DNA of 64,000 nt from Octopus sinensis (Eukaryota): assembly GCF_006345805.1 (NCBI RefSeq), contig NC_043003.1:81406001-81470000 (forward strand). Reading direction: 5' to 3'. Under the pieces are notes generated by a model. That model did no database searches. It saw nothing but the letters and a program-made list of their open reading frames with translations, and had not been told where the DNA came from. The position numbers and the translations under genes were made by a program. Shown here one piece after another: positions 52,930 through 64,000 of this stretch (positions within the stretch are counted from its first letter, which is position 1; each line of letters opens with the position of its first letter).

Positions 52930-54224
52930 GGCTGTGTGGTAAGTAGCTTGTTTACCAACCACATGGTTCCGGGTTCAGTCCCACTGCGTGGCACCTTTGG
53001 CAAGTGTCTTCTACTATAGCCTCGGGCCGACCAAAGCCTTGTGAGTGGATTTGGTAGACGGAAACTGAAAGAAGCCCGTCGTATATATGTATATATATAT
53101 ATATATTGGCGTGTTTGTGTGTGTGTTTGTCCCCCTAGCAATGCTTGACAACCGATGCTGGTGTGTTTATGTCCCCGTTACTTAGCGGTTCAGCAAAAGA
53201 AACTGATTGAATAAGTACTGGGCTTACAAAAGAATAAGTCCCGGGGTCGATTTGCTCGATTAAAGGCAGTGCTCCAGCATGGCTGCAGTCAAATGACTGA
53301 AACAAGTAAAAGAGTAAAGAGTAAAAGAGTATGTGATAGCCACACAATTCTTTGAATCCATATATTACACAACAAATATATACATTCTTTTATTCTTATT
53401 CTTTTACTTGTTTCAGTCATTTCACTGTGTGCATGCTGGAGCACCGCCTTAAATGGTTTAATTGAAGAAATTGACCCCAGGACTTCTTTGCAAGCCTAGT
53501 ACTTATTCTATTGGTCTATTCTACTGAACTGCTAAGTTATGGCGACATAAACACACCAGCATCAGTTGTCAAGCAATGGTGGGAGACAAACACACACATA
53601 CACACAATGGTCTTCTTTCAGTTTTCCTCAACCAAATTCACTCAGAAGAATATGGCTGGCACAGGGCTATGGTAGAAAACATTTGCCCAAGAAGCCCCAC
53701 AGTGAAACTGAACTTGGAATCATGTAGTTGGGAAGCAAGGTTCTTACCACACGGACATATAGATCATCATCATCATCTTCATCATCATCATTACCATCAA
53801 AATCATCTTTCTTTTATTTTCTTTCTTTTACTTGTTTCAGTCATTTGACTGTGGCCATGCTGGAGCACCGCCTTTAGTCGAGCAAATTGACCCCAGGACT
53901 TATTCTTTGTAAGCCTAGTACTTATTCTATCGGTCTCTTTTGCCAAACTGCTAAGTTATGGGGATGTAAACACACCAGCATCAGTTGCCAAGTGATGTTG
54001 GGGGACAAACACAGACACACAAACATATACACACGTGTACATATATATATATATATATACACACACATATATACGATGGGCTTCTTTCAGTTTCCGTCTA
54101 CCAAATCCACTTAAGGATTTGGTTGGCCCGAGGCTACAGTAGAAGACACTTGCCAAGGTGCCATGCAATGGGACTGAACCTGGAACCATGTGGTTGGTAA
54201 CCAAGCTACTTACCACACAGCCAG
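52930..54224. mobile_element. Three SINE family A copies (+ 52930-53330, - 53385-53755, - 53826-54224)
   Basis: Family A motifs. Confidence 0.85.
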
Positions 54225-54848
54225 TCTTATGTACATAAATGTGTGTGTATATGTGTGTGCTGTCCATTTCTTTATATCTGTAAGAATTTTTGTCAAACAG
54301 TTGCTTCTATGTATTTAACTATATCCTTATATATATATTTTTTCTTATGACACTGGGATTTGACAGCTTAACAATATTGTTCGAATCCTTTAATTGATGG
54401 AACAGTTATAGCTAGATATGTCCCTACCTAATTTATATATGTCTTACAAGTTATGATCCTTAAACTATCTTTTCTTTAAAGTTAATACATTGCACATGCA
54501 TACATACATAAATACATCCATCCATCTTTCCATCCATCCATCCATACATGCATACATACATACATAAATACATACATACATACTTACATACACATGCAGA
54601 TATATACATCTATTATATCCGGATGCATATAGCATCATATATATGTGCATGATATATATGTATGTATATAACTTCATATATGTATGATATATGTAATATA
54701 GGTATAATATACATATTACACACACACACATATATATATATATACATATATATATGAGGATATAGATTTATGTATCATATATATTATGCACACACACACT
54801 TGCATGCAAACACACACATACGCATGTGCATATATGTGTATGTGTGTT

Positions 54849-54899
<51 letters not shown>

Positions 54900-55521
54900 T
54901 CATATTTGTGTATGTGCATGTGTATATTAGAAACTGAAGCTTGTTGAATTGTCTATATATATTTTGCAATGCTGCTTATTCAAATGGCTGAAGTAAGGAA
55001 ACATCAGTATAATAATATATAAGGTAAAATATCCTGAAACTCATCAAAATATGATTAATCATCGGGATTTAATTGGTTGTGCAGGAAAAAGAGAGAACAT
55101 TAGAAAATGCTTCACACATTCATCTATTTAATTCTCACGTGATATATCCATCTATTCACATGCTAAAACACATGTTCTTTCGATATCTTTAATACGATAT
55201 GCATAAAGCACAAGTAAGACTGGTAGGCAACTACTGCTAATAAAGTTTTACTGTTTATTAATAGCTGAATGTTTTTGTTTTTTATGACCATATTTTAAGG
55301 TATGATAAATCTGTTATTTGACAAATAAACTAGTTAAGCCTGCTGATGTTTGGAAATTTCTCATTAAATAGCAATATGAGTGTCTGCAATATACACTAAT
55401 TCATATCTTTGGTTGAAATTTGTGTTTTCAAGACATGGGTAGCACAATGGTGGTGGAAAGTATTGGAAAGAAATTTTGTTAAATTTTCTAGCATGTTAAG
55501 GGCCCCTCTGCTTCACAGGCA

Positions 55522-55865
55522 GTGTTTATGTCCCCATAACTTAGCAGTTCAGTAGAATAGACCAATATAATAAGTACTGTGCCAGCCATATTCTTCTGAG
55601 TGAATTTAGTTGAGGAAAACTGAAAGAAGACCATTGTGTGTATGTGTGTGTTTGTCTCCCACCATTGCTTGACAACTGATGCTGGTGTGTTTATGTCCCC
55701 ATAACTTAGCAGTTCAGTAGAATAGACCAATAGAATAAGTACTAGGCTTGCAAAGAAGTCCTGGGGTCAATTTCTTCAATTAAACCTTTTTAGGCGGTGC
55801 TCCAGCATGCACACAGTGAAATGACTGAAACAAGTAAAAGAATAAGAATAAAAGAATGTATATAT
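55522..55865 (+). repeat. Inverted duplicate of 53376-53664 with an internal ~57-bp duplication
   Basis: Shares private mutations (gcatgcacacagtgaaatg, ttcttctgagtgaat) and flanking sequence with the 53376 copy. Confidence 0.85.
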
Positions 55866-56041
55866 CACAGTAAGCTCTTCCAGCAGACTTGACTAACAAA
55901 CCACTTAGAGATGAATCATTGGTGTAACCATGATGTTCTGGTGATTTGATGAGTTAGCTTTCTTTATCTGCATTGATTTGGGAATATGCAATTCTATTAT
56001 ATAATGCATAGCATGCATATTAGTGCAGACATGTAAGCATA

Positions 56042-57327
56042 TCAGGTCATCCCATAAGTTCTGTCCAAATTTTGAATAGAAAAACAAATGATCTAATGTT
56101 ATATTTAATTGAAATTTAATCGTCAATGTACTTTCCCCGATTATCTATGACTTCCTTCCACCTATTTGCAAGCTTTTTAATCCTATTAATGTAAAACTGT
56201 TTTGTTTTTAATGCGAAAAACTCTGAAAAGTCAGTTTTGACCTCCTCCTTTCTTGCGAAAGTTGCATCCCCCAAATGATTCTGTAAACTATGAAACAAAT
56301 GGTAGTCTGAAGGAGCAAGGTTGGGAGAATAGGGTGGATGAGAATTTTTTCCCAATCAAGCTCTTCGTTCTTCTGTGATGTGATCTTTTCAGTGTAGAGT
56401 CGTGCATTGTCCTGATGAAACATCACTTCTTTTCAATTCTGTAAAGCAGCTCTTTTTTTCTTCAAAGCTTGGTTCAAATGCTCTAATTGCTGACAGTAGA
56501 CTTGAGCATTGATTGTTGAATTAGGTGGTAACAATTGAAAGTGAAATACACCATTGTAATCCCACCAGATAGAGATAAGAACCTTTTTTCCATGAAATTC
56601 CCTTCTCGGTTATGGTTGAGCTTTTTTCCTTTTACCAAGCCACTGCTTACGATGTTTCACATTTCGATAGAAGATCCTTTTTCATCACCAGTCACAAGTC
56701 TATCCAAAAAGGGTGAAATGAGTTCATGAGAATCGAGAGAAGAGCAGATATCAACTCAGGATTTGTGGTTGCTTTCAGACAATTCATGAAGCACCCATTT
56801 TCCAAGTTTAGGAACCTTTTCAAGTTGTTGAAGATGACGATGAACAGTTGTATGGTTTGAACTAAGATTTATTGCCAATTCTTCAACTGATAATGCAGGA
56901 TTTTCTTCAAGTAATGCCTCAAGGAGCTTGTCATCAAACTCAAGTGGACATCCTGTTCGATGTTCAACTTCAAGGCTGAAATCTCGACTTCTGAATTTTG
57001 CAAACCATCTTCTGCAAGTTCTTTCATTCAAGCGTTCTTTCCCATAAACTGAGTGTATGTTTCGAGTTGCTTCGGCTGCAGAGTTTCATTCTTTGTCCGC
57101 ATAAAGCATTATGTGCCGAAAATGCTCTTTGGATACTTCCATATTAGAAAGGGTTTTAATCAAAGAAATATTAATTCTATTATTCTATAAAATGATATTC
57201 AATTAGTTTAAATGCACACAAATGCATAAAAATAATTGTTAATTCCATTAAACATTCTAAAATACTTTTAAATTCTATAAAAATTTTTAAAAAGATAAAA
57301 TCAGACAGAACTTATGGAATGACCAGA
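56042..57327 (-). mobile_element. Full-length mariner element (1286 bp)
   Basis: TIRs tcaggtcatcccataagttctgtc and gacagaacttatggaatgaccaga, with TA on both sides. Confidence 0.92.
56116..57142 (-). pseudogene. DD34D mariner transposase pseudogene
   Basis: MEVSKEHFRHIMLY.., WVLHEL, VTGDEK, HQDNAR and HPPYSPNLAPSDYHLF motifs; in-frame stops and frameshifts. Confidence 0.92.
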
Positions 57328-57446
57328 TAATATATTATGCACTGAAATTATTACTGCATAAACGAGACTGCAAAACAGCCATTATTCTAAGGAAGACAAG
57401 TGGTTAGATAAATATATTCATCTCTTGTACCACCTGACTTTTTATG

Positions 57447-57499
<53 letters not shown>

Positions 57500-57547
57500 G
57501 TGTTTGTGTGAGTATATATATGTATATGTATGTGTGAGTTTGTGTGA

Positions 57548-57581
<34 letters not shown>

Positions 57582-57602
57582 GTATATGTACATATATACA
57601 TA

Positions 57603-59140
57603 CTAGCTGAATGACCCAGCACTTCCTAGGTTACTTCAGTTCTTATTCAGATTAGTAAACAATAAATATAAAGATGTATTCTCATAATTATTTCAAAATA
57701 TCTGTATTTTATCAAAAAATATTCAAATTTTAATCATAATTGAATTTCGAATTGAAAATCTATCAATGTTGAAGCACCTCAGGATAAACAATTTTCATTG
57801 TGTAATTTTTTGTTGATGTCAAAATGAATAAATTTTTGCTGCTTCCAACTTGTGAGCAACACCGAGTTGGCCGTGGGAGAAGTATGTATTAGAGAGATCA
57901 AGTTCAACTACCTTCAGGGATTGACCCTGAGATTTGATAATTGAAACATCAAAACTCAGATTGACTGGAAACTGAAGTGTCTTAAATTCAAACAGAACAT
58001 CTATAGGTATGAGAGGAATTGTTAGAATAGAGAGATTTTCTTCTTTGTGACTACCTGTGATGATTGTTGCCTCTAGAACATGGAGAGTATCTTGGAGAGA
58101 AACAATTTTTAGCCCTTAATTTCTTTTGATTGTTATGAATATGGAAGAGATGTTCACTCTCAACTTTAGCATACATATCAACCAGGCATTGCTGAAAAAG
58201 ATCACGATACATGTGTAATTGATTTGATTGTTCTGGTCTTAACATCAGCTAGTAAGAACAGAAGTCATTTGACAGCACAGTTTTATTTGTAATTAGCTCT
58301 CCTGTGGCAGGTTCAATCTGTGGAATATTAAAATGATACCCATCTTGTCCATTCCACAAAATAAGAGGATATTGGAGAGCATCATAAGAGGGATGGTTCT
58401 CTAAAACATGTTTAAGGTTATTATCTCAAGCTCAAATGAGAATATCATGGTTTTCATGGCGATCATCTACAACAAGGATGACAACTTTATTAGATGTGGG
58501 CTCATTAAAATGGTGTAAAATATCCTTTACTATAGTTTACTATAAACGTAATGAACACAGAAATACACTCACAGACACATACACCTTCATATACATGTGT
58601 TTATGTATGTGAAGATGTGTGTGTGTGTTTAATTGTCTGAGGACTAACGTATACAAATTATCACACATACACCCTAACATACTTTTACATATACTAACAC
58701 AAACACACACAGACATACATTGATGCACACCTCAAGCCTATCTCAATTCCTCTGTGAGTCTCTGTCTTTAGATGTGTGTATGTGTGTGTGTGAGTCAGTC
58801 GTCACAAAAATGTACATATACTGACACACATATACTTCTCAGTCATCAGCCTAATGTACATTATGAATGCAGACACACACATTCATATAGAAAATGTGAC
58901 ATCGTTGTAGTAGCGGTGGTGGTATAAAATGTTGTTTACGATAGTTGACTTAAAGAAAGATTATAATGTTAAATTTTTGTAGTGCGGATATGTAAATGAA
59001 AATAAAGTTTATTTGGTAATCAAAAGATTACTGAAATTCTTAATACCCCATACGTCAAGATCAGCAACCAAGTTTTCAAATTCATCAGGAACATGCACGC
59101 ATGCACACACACACAAACTCAGTTTTACATACCAATATAT
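57603..59140 (-). mobile_element. Internally deleted Helitron (5' boundary uncertain)
   Basis: 3' end ACCTAG-gaagtg-CTGGGT hairpin, then cattcagCTAG followed by T; RepHel remnants inside. Confidence 0.7.
57763..58515 (-). pseudogene. Helitron RepHel remnants: N-terminal region fused to PIF1-like helicase C-terminus
   Basis: HPSYDALQYPLILWNGQDGYH..LFQQCLVDMYAKVESE..NQKKLR joined at about 58100 to VLEATIITG..LQFPVNLSFDVSIIKSQGQSL..FSHGQL..IVYPEVL. Confidence 0.88.
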
Positions 59141-59201
59141 ATATCAACATATATATATATATATATATATACACATGCACATATATATATATATATACAT
59201 A

Positions 59202-59420
59202 CTTGAGGTAGTGCTGAAAAGTCCCTTGTTTTAAGGGTATCATGAAAGTCATAGATGGGGATCCAACATTCTGAGTTCTTTTACAGGGTTTAGAAAAACT
59301 GAAGGACCACTGCTATAAGTGTGTTCATTTGAGAGGGGAATATGCTGAATAAAATCATAATTAACTGATCCTCCTCTATTTTCTTTCACACAAAGTCAGG
59401 AACTTTTCAGCACTTCCTCA
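59202..59420 (+). mobile_element. mariner-derived MITE
   Basis: TIRs gaggtagtgctgaaaagt / acttttcagcacttcctc with TA flanks; homologous to 42850-43065. Confidence 0.8.
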
Positions 59421-60194
59421 TATGTATATATGACTGTATGTATGTGACATCAGACTTTTCCTCCTCCTAGTGAGATGTTTAAACAAAGACAAAAGCATCT
59501 ACTACTGCTAGTTGAGTTAGTTCTCTTTGTGCAAATGTATGTGTTGTTTGAGAGAGAGAGAGAGACTAGCTATGTGGAAGACCTTTCCTCACATTAAAAA
59601 GCTTTAGACACAAAACTGCTTGATTATTAACATGTTTATTAATATTTCTATTATGTGTTGCATAATATAACTGACTATAGCCAAGAGAGGTCACACACTC
59701 AAGGAAAAAATCCCATGATGGTATAAAGGCTTGTGTCAGCATGGGTGGAAAGCTCTCTAAACATCTGCTGTTCACAACCATCAGACCAGCAAATTTGTAA
59801 TCACGCAGCCATTTATGCATAATTGGAACACCTCTAGTGATTATTATTAATATCATTATTATTATTATTATTATTATTATCATCATCATCAATCATAACA
59901 ATATTCACTTGATCTTTTGTGACCTAGTACAAAGTGTGCGAATGACATTCGGCCATTACCATCATTTTATTCTGATAATGATTCCAATGAGGTCTTGAAC
60001 CATTAACAGACTAATGGATTTAGGAATGCTATTGATTCAACTGAAACATACAGCATGAATAAAGAAATATGAAAAATGGAACTATGCATGCACATGTGTA
60101 TGTATGTATGCATGAATGTAAGCATGTATATATCAATAAAGCTGAATGTGACTGGGAATTCACCAAGGAAGGCTAATCAAGGATTTGTATATAT

Positions 60195-60239
<45 letters not shown>

Positions 60240-60242
<3 letters not shown>

Positions 60243-60553
60243 TGGTAAAAACGGTAAGATAACAAAAGAAAGAAAGAGACCTCAATATTATGTAAATAGA
60301 GGGAATTTATCTGTAAATAATATGTGGCAATTATTCAATAGCCAAGATAAAACTCGGATGCCGAGGTGGAAATCCACACCACCATCTCTTCGGTTATCTG
60401 GCCATCAATTGCACTAGGTCACAAAAGATCAAGTGAATATTGTTATGATTGATGGCCAGATAACCGAAGAGATGGTGGTGTGGATTTCCACCTTGGCATC
60501 AGAAACTCAGAGTTTTATCTTGGCTATTGAATAATTATCATATATTATTTTAC

Positions 60554-60558
<5 letters not shown>
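60240..60558. mobile_element. Penelope-like family P3, inverted pair in (TA)n
   Basis: About 60306-60408 is the reverse complement of about 60448-60558; (TA)n on both sides. Confidence 0.7.
60455..60524 (+). ncRNA. Type-I hammerhead motif with U4C core
   Basis: GCCAGATAA-CCGAAGA-GATG..CATC-a-GAA-ACTC-a-GAGT-T-TTATC(t)TGGC: 9-bp stem I, stem II, stem III, GUU site. Confidence 0.6.
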
Positions 60559-60589
<31 letters not shown>

Positions 60590-60734
60590 CAGACAGAAGC
60601 CTGGTCATCTGCCAAGCTAGCCCCAGTCAAACCATACAACTCATGCCAGTATGGAAAGTAGATGTGAAATGATAACGATGATGATGATGCTGATATATAT
60701 ATATATATATAAAGCATATATAGTAAATATACAG

Positions 60735-60935
60735 GCTTCAAATTTTAGCACAATGCCAGCAAGTTTTCGGAAGGGTGATAGTCAATTACATCAACCCCAG
60801 TGTGCAACTGATACTTACTTTATTGTCCCCAAAAGGTAAGAATGGTAAAGTCTGCCTTGGTGGAATTTTAACTCAGAACATAAAGACTGATGAAATGCTG
60901 CTAAGCATTTTGCCCAGAGTGCAAACAATTCTTCT
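60735..60935 (-). mobile_element. SINE family C
   Basis: Homologous to 47325-47537. Confidence 0.7.
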
Positions 60936-61052
60936 ACTACAACTACCTTATAGCATAGTAAAGACACCCTTCAATCATAAATTACCATGGTATTGCACTT
61001 ACAAAGTTCCCCTCCGAGGACAAGTCTGGACAAGGTTGTTTATGAAAGTCCT

Positions 61053-61532
61053 GCAGTCACTCCTCAGGTCAAATTGCTAAGAAAAAGTTTTTAGTTTTAG
61101 GTTTTTTTAGGAATTTGACCTGAGGAGTGACTGCTTTTCAGAGTAAAATCATTTTTCTGCTCTAATGAACTTGGATATGGTTTTCTTATATGATTTTATA
61201 TAATCCTAATTTGGCCATGAAACGTGCGTAGTTGATGTACAAGTACTTACTTTTATACAATATATTATTGTATTAATTTTTATTGTTCAATTTATACTTT
61301 ATTTGATTTTAGATTAATATTTTTATGATGAATGTTTCTTTGTATGGTATTCGCTGTGATTTTAAAAGTATTTGCCCTTATATATTACATGATTGTAATA
61401 ATCTTACTGTTCAATATTATATATTATTAAAATTTTAGATTAGTATTTTGTATGGTATATGTCTCACAGAATAGCTTTGGATAGGCTCTTCATTGACTGA
61501 GTTGTGGAATGGTGATTCGTCTCTAAGTTAGT
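61053..61532 (+). mobile_element. Penelope-like family P4 with short inverted 5' arm
   Basis: 61053-61086 is the reverse complement of about 61102-61134; hammerhead motif present; 3' end at (TA)n. Confidence 0.55.
61115..61235 (+). ncRNA. Hammerhead motif with long stem II region
   Basis: TTGAC-CTGAGGA-gtgac..ggccat-GAA-ACGTGCGT-A-GTTGA, with 92 nt between the core halves. Confidence 0.45.
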
Positions 61533-61574
61533 TATATATATATATATGTATGTATGTATGTATACATATATGTA

Positions 61575-61760
61575 AATGACTGCTAACTCCAAAAGCATTT
61601 TTATTCTCTCTCTGTTTATTTCCTCACATTCCTTTCTGTTAAAGTGTGTAGGCTCAAAATGTAAAAGATGTTTTCATATTCCCAAGCATCAAACTAATAC
61701 ACCTGCTTGTTGTTTATACACCTGTCATCGTCTTTTGTTTTCTCTGTAAATTTCAATTAT
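61575..61760 (+). mobile_element. Penelope-like family P1 copy, decayed
   Basis: cttt-CTGTTaA-agtgt-gtag-gctc-aAAAt-GTA-aaag at 61632-61667. Confidence 0.55.
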
Positions 61761-62201
61761 ATATATGTCTGTATTTGTGTGTCTCTGTTTGTCTCCCCGC
61801 CATGACTTGACAACCAATGCTGGTGTGTTAATGTCCTCATAACTTAGTGTTTCAGCAAAAGAGTCTGATAGCATAAGTACAAGGGTTACAAACAACAAGT
61901 CCTGGGGGTGATTTCTTCAAATAAAGGTGGTGCTCCAGCATGGCACAATCAAATGACTGCCATAAGTGAAAGAATAAAAGAATATATAAATATATAGAAA
62001 TATGTATATATATTTATATATCTATATGTATACATATGTAGGTATATATATATATATATATATTTATATGTATACATATGTATGTATGTATATCTATACA
62101 TATCAATAGATAGATATTTAAATACATATATACATGTGTGATGTGTGTATGTGTATGGAAATGTTTATATATGTATGTCATATATATATACATACACACA
62201 C

Positions 62202-62263
<62 letters not shown>

Positions 62264-62297
62264 ACACACACATATATAATATATATATATATTATAT

Positions 62298-62384
<87 letters not shown>

Positions 62385-62410
62385 CATGGAGAACGGACGT
62401 TAAACGACGA

Positions 62411-62448
<38 letters not shown>

Positions 62449-63156
62449 ACACACACACACACAAGTGTGTGTGTGTGTGTAGTATTTGGATTGATAAATA
62501 GATTGATCGGTTCGTAATTCTCTGAAAACAGTTCTACATTGTGTTAGAAGTAAAGAAAACAATACAGAAAAAATAATCTTCTGTAAATTTAATGATATTG
62601 CCAAAATACAATTAATGAAAAAATATCTGGATATAAAACCCAATTAGATTGTCCTAAATCATGTCATTCCTCTTCCACACATTATTGACCTTGCTGACTC
62701 TATGTGATTCATTTCTACAATTCTTTCTTATAGAGAATAATTCTCTGCTAACTTGGAGTTTTGGTTTGATGTTATATTTTTCTGATTGCTTAACACACTA
62801 TCCTGACTAAGATTAGATGTGATAAAATATATACTCGTCTCTTAATAGTGTATGTTTAGTTATCCAGGGCCTATTCTGTATAAGCAAATTATTTGTTCCT
62901 ATATAAAAAGCAATTTTAGTTTTTAGATATCTATTCTTGCATTTTTTTTTATAATATCCTTCATTTACTTGCATGCAATAAATAAGTATTAATCCACAGC
63001 TATTGTAAATATAGGAAGCACAGTGCTTGTGAAGAGAAAACAATCGGGTATTAACCATGTGGTCATAAGTTCAATCCTTGCTGAAAGTATTTTGTTGAGA
63101 TTATTAACGTAACACATAATGTATTTTGCCCTGAATGAATGAAAATTATTCTTCAT

Positions 63157-63535
63157 AGGTACAGGTGTGGTTGTTTGGTTAGAAGCTTGCTTCCCCACCA
63201 CATGGTTCTGGGTTGAGCCCCACTCCATGGTACATTGGGCAAGTGTCTTCTACTATAGCTTATGGCTAACCAGATCCTTGTGAATGGATCTGGTAGACGG
63301 AAACTGAAAGAAGCCTGTCACATATATTTATAAATGTATATCTGTGTTCCACTACTACTTGATAACTGGTGTTGGTGTGCTTATGTCCCTATGAATTAAC
63401 AGTTCGGTAAAAGCATCAAAGCTTTAACAGAAAACAAGTACTGGAGTCAAATCATGCGACTAAACTTCTTAAAGGTGGTGCCCCAGCATGGCCACACTCT
63501 AACCACTGAACCAGGTAAAATACAAAAGATAAAAG
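63157..63535 (+). mobile_element. SINE family A, diverged
   Basis: Family A head, body and tail. Confidence 0.75.
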
Positions 63536-63793
63536 ATTTGCTCAGTTGTTGGATAGGTAAGGCAAATTTGTTGGATCACAGTATAATAATCCTTTACACT
63601 GAAGACACCACAAGGCTTGAAATTTTGGAGGAGAAAGCTAGTTTGGTACATCAGCTGTTACCTTATTTTATCAACACTGCATGGATGAAATGCAAAGTGA
63701 ACCTCAACAAAATTTGAACTGAAGCCTCAAAAAGTACCACTAAGCATTTTGTTTGACATGCAAACTATTCTGTCTGCTCAGATCACCATTTAA

Positions 63794-63995
63794 CCCTTTT
63801 ACCATATTCCAGTTAAGATGCTCTGTGTTTCTTTCAATTACTTTAAATATAACAAAGAATTTAGTAAAATAACTTAGTTATCATTCAGCTAGTGTTAGGA
63901 ACATAAATTGTGACTAAGGTTTGGTGGAATATTTTAATTAAGAAGTGATGAAAACAAGACATTTGTACTCAGAGCCAGAGCTGGTAATGAAAGGG
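63794..63995. mobile_element. piggyBac-like MITE (202 bp)
   Basis: TTAA-CCCTTT..AAAGGG-TTAA; TTAA at 63790-93 and 63996-99. Confidence 0.8.
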
Positions 63996-64000
63996 TTAAT

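Overview
AT-rich, microsatellite-dense eukaryotic DNA, probably intronic or intergenic. The SINE families and repeat landscape suggest a coleoid cephalopod such as Octopus; this is an inference. No intact host protein-coding gene is recognisable, and nearly all ORFs in the track are microsatellite or SINE read-throughs. The window holds dozens of tRNA-derived SINEs in three families, plus decayed LINE fragments (RTE, L1/Tx1, R4-like). DNA transposons include a full-length dead DD34D mariner with TIRs and TA TSD, other mariner and DD41D remnants, hAT, piggyBac and mariner MITEs, and an internally deleted Helitron. There is also a U6 retrocopy fused to a SINE and two near-exact tandem duplications. 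The most interesting layer is a set of short non-coding repeat families that end in (TA)n tracts and often form head-to-head inverted pairs. Several carry minimal type-I hammerhead ribozyme folds typical of Penelope-like elements, with family-specific core variants: CUGAUGA, CUGUUGA, UUGANAA, CCGAAGA, and CUGAGGA with a long stem II. Two further families share a different covarying fold that I cannot identify. Two inverted pairs contain spacers copied from nearby locus DNA. All folds and alignments were done by eye, and repeat boundaries are approximate unless a TSD or TIR is given.
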